Virus record (IMG/VR): IMGVR_UViG_3300013014_000020
Location: 51,295 to 115,294 of that record
Source: a virus
Length of the DNA: 64,000 bases
Direction: 5' to 3' (one strand)
Shown: positions 62,753-64,000 of the stretch, piece after piece
Layout: each line of letters begins with the position of its first letter
Numbering within the stretch: the stretch's first letter is position 1
The notes under the pieces: generated by a model
The model's database searches: none
Told to the model about the DNA's origin: nothing
Seen by the model: only the letters and a program-made list of their open reading frames with translations
Made by a program: the position numbers and the translations under genes

Positions 62753-64000
62753 TTACAATTGGTTACTCAACAAGACAACATAACCCAACTTTAATAGAGT
62801 ACTATAAAAAAGCTTGTGGTGGAAATAAAAATTTTGAGGTTATTGAAAAAGTTAATAACGGTGAAAAAGGACTTGCACAAGTTTATAATGAAATATTAAA
62901 TGAGGCTCAAAATAATATTGTGGTTTTCTGTCACGACGATATTGAATTTGATACAAATAACTGGGGTGAAAAATTATTAAAACTTTTTAATAAAAATCCA
63001 GAGTTTGGTGTAATTGGAATTGCCGGGACAACAGATTTAATTGATGGTCGTTGGTGGACATTAAAAGAATCAATGACTGGTATTGTGTCTCATAAACACG
63101 AAGGAAAAAAATGGACAAACACATATTCTTCGGACCAGGGAAACAAATTAAAAGAAGTTGTTGTTCTTGATGGATTATTTTTTGCCGTAGATAAAACAAA
63201 AATTGTAAAAACTTTTGACGAATCATTTAGTGGTTTTCATTTTTATGAAATACCTTTTTGTTTTGAAAACTATTTGGGTGGTGTTAAACTTGCCGTTACA
63301 ACTCAAATTAGAGTAACACATATGTCTATTGGCCAAACCAACCAACAATGGGAGGAAAACAAAACTCAGTTTGAGGAAAGATATAAAAATAATTTACCAA
63401 TAAGATTATCAAACAATAAAACTTTGGAAGAAAAGATGATACTTGATATATCTAAAGTTGGTATTGGTATGACAACCTATAAAGCTGAACATAGGATAAA
63501 ACAAAGTGCGTTTACGGTACCAAAATGGATGAAACATTTTGTTATTGTAAATGACGGAACACCGTATGATAATTCATCATATCCGGAACAAGCGTACCTT
63601 ATTCAACACGAAACAAATATGTCTGTTGGTGCTGCAAAAAATACCGCGATGAAATACCTTTTAGAACAAGGATGTGAACATATTTTTTTAATGGAAGATG
63701 ATATCTTAATTAAAGATGAAAAAGTTTTTGAAGAGTATGTTAAACATTCTGTAATTTCTGGAATTAAACATTTGAATTTTGCTCTTCACGGACCAGCAAA
63801 CAAAAAAGGATCAACTGGGTTTACAACATTAGAGGATAGAAAAGATGTTGATGGTGAACCAAACCCAAGAATGATTATACCGTATCCAGAAGGAAATAAA
63901 ATTGTTTTATATCCAAATTGTGTTGGTGCATTTTCATACTACCACAAATCAGTTTTAGATAAAATTGGTTTATTTGATCCAGTATTTAAAAACGCTTGGG
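62749..64000 (+). CDS. Two-domain GT2-like glycosyltransferase (3' end runs off the window)
   Basis: Not in the ORF track. ATG 62749: MITIGYSTR...VYN.....VFCHDDI...GVIGIAG...LDGLF..FHFY; second domain IVNDG...GAAKN...FLMEDD. Confidence 0.8.
   Translation, partial: MITIGYSTRQHNPTLIEYYKKACGGNKNFEVIEKVNNGEKGLAQVYNEILNEAQNNIVVFCHDDIEFDTNNWGEKLLKLFNKNPEFGVIGIAGTTDLIDGRWWTLKESMTGIVSHKHEGKKWTNTYSSDQGNKLKEVVVLDGLFFAVDKTKIVKTFDESFSGFHFYEIPFCFENYLGGVKLAVTTQIRVTHMSIGQTNQQWEENKTQFEERYKNNLPIRLSNNKTLEEKMILDISKVGIGMTTYKAEHRIKQSAFTVPKWMKHFVIVNDGTPYDNSSYPEQAYLIQHETNMSVGAAKNTAMKYLLEQGCEHIFLMEDDILIKDEKVFEEYVKHSVISGIKHLNFALHGPANKKGSTGFTTLEDRKDVDGEPNPRMIIPYPEGNKIVLYPNCVGAFSYYHKSVLDKIGLFDPVFKNAW

Larger units (their letters stand above)
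1..64000. mobile_element. Segment of a large myovirus-type (contractile tail) bacteriophage genome
   Basis: Tail sheath, tube, tape measure, neck proteins, PolB and dUTPase; dense gene packing; no cellular housekeeping genes. Confidence 0.95.

Noticed and set aside
1-64000. Stop-codon reassignment as seen in some huge phages
   Set aside because: Genes are intact in code 11, and TAG (20634, 36686) and TGA (20266, 62752) act as real stops at gene junctions.

Overview
This is a 64-kb, AT-rich segment of a large (jumbo/huge) myovirus-type dsDNA phage read in the standard genetic code. No rRNA, tRNA, CRISPR array or IS element was seen. 1-20.6 kb is a T4-like tail/neck module: a partial baseplate tube-initiator with an OmpA-like insert, tape measure, a gp26-like chaperone with a candidate programmed frameshift, tail tube, tail sheath, gp15/gp14/gp13-like proteins, an SNF2 helicase and a peptidase-SOD-nuclease-like fusion. 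20.6-23.6 kb is a family B DNA polymerase. 23.7-57.3 kb is a mostly minus-strand island of modular fibre/decoration proteins (15-aa STVSGGxxN repeats, VTGGTY repeats, Asn-rich repeats, a 29-aa coiled coil, mucin-like Pro/Thr tracts). These are interleaved with modification enzymes: a GT60-like GlcNAc transferase, a TibC/AAH-like heptosyltransferase, DUF2827, GT8, GT9-like and HtrL-like GTs, a sulfotransferase and a 2OG-Fe(II) oxygenase. The island also has an LCIB-type carbonic anhydrase fused to a decoration module. 57.3-64 kb holds a late operon with a stand-alone WYL protein, then GT-B, 3'-5' exonuclease, dUTPase and a partial GT2. The best candidate for a novel system is phage-encoded glycosylation/sulfation of its own virion surface proteins. 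All family calls come from motif recognition by eye, not database searches.
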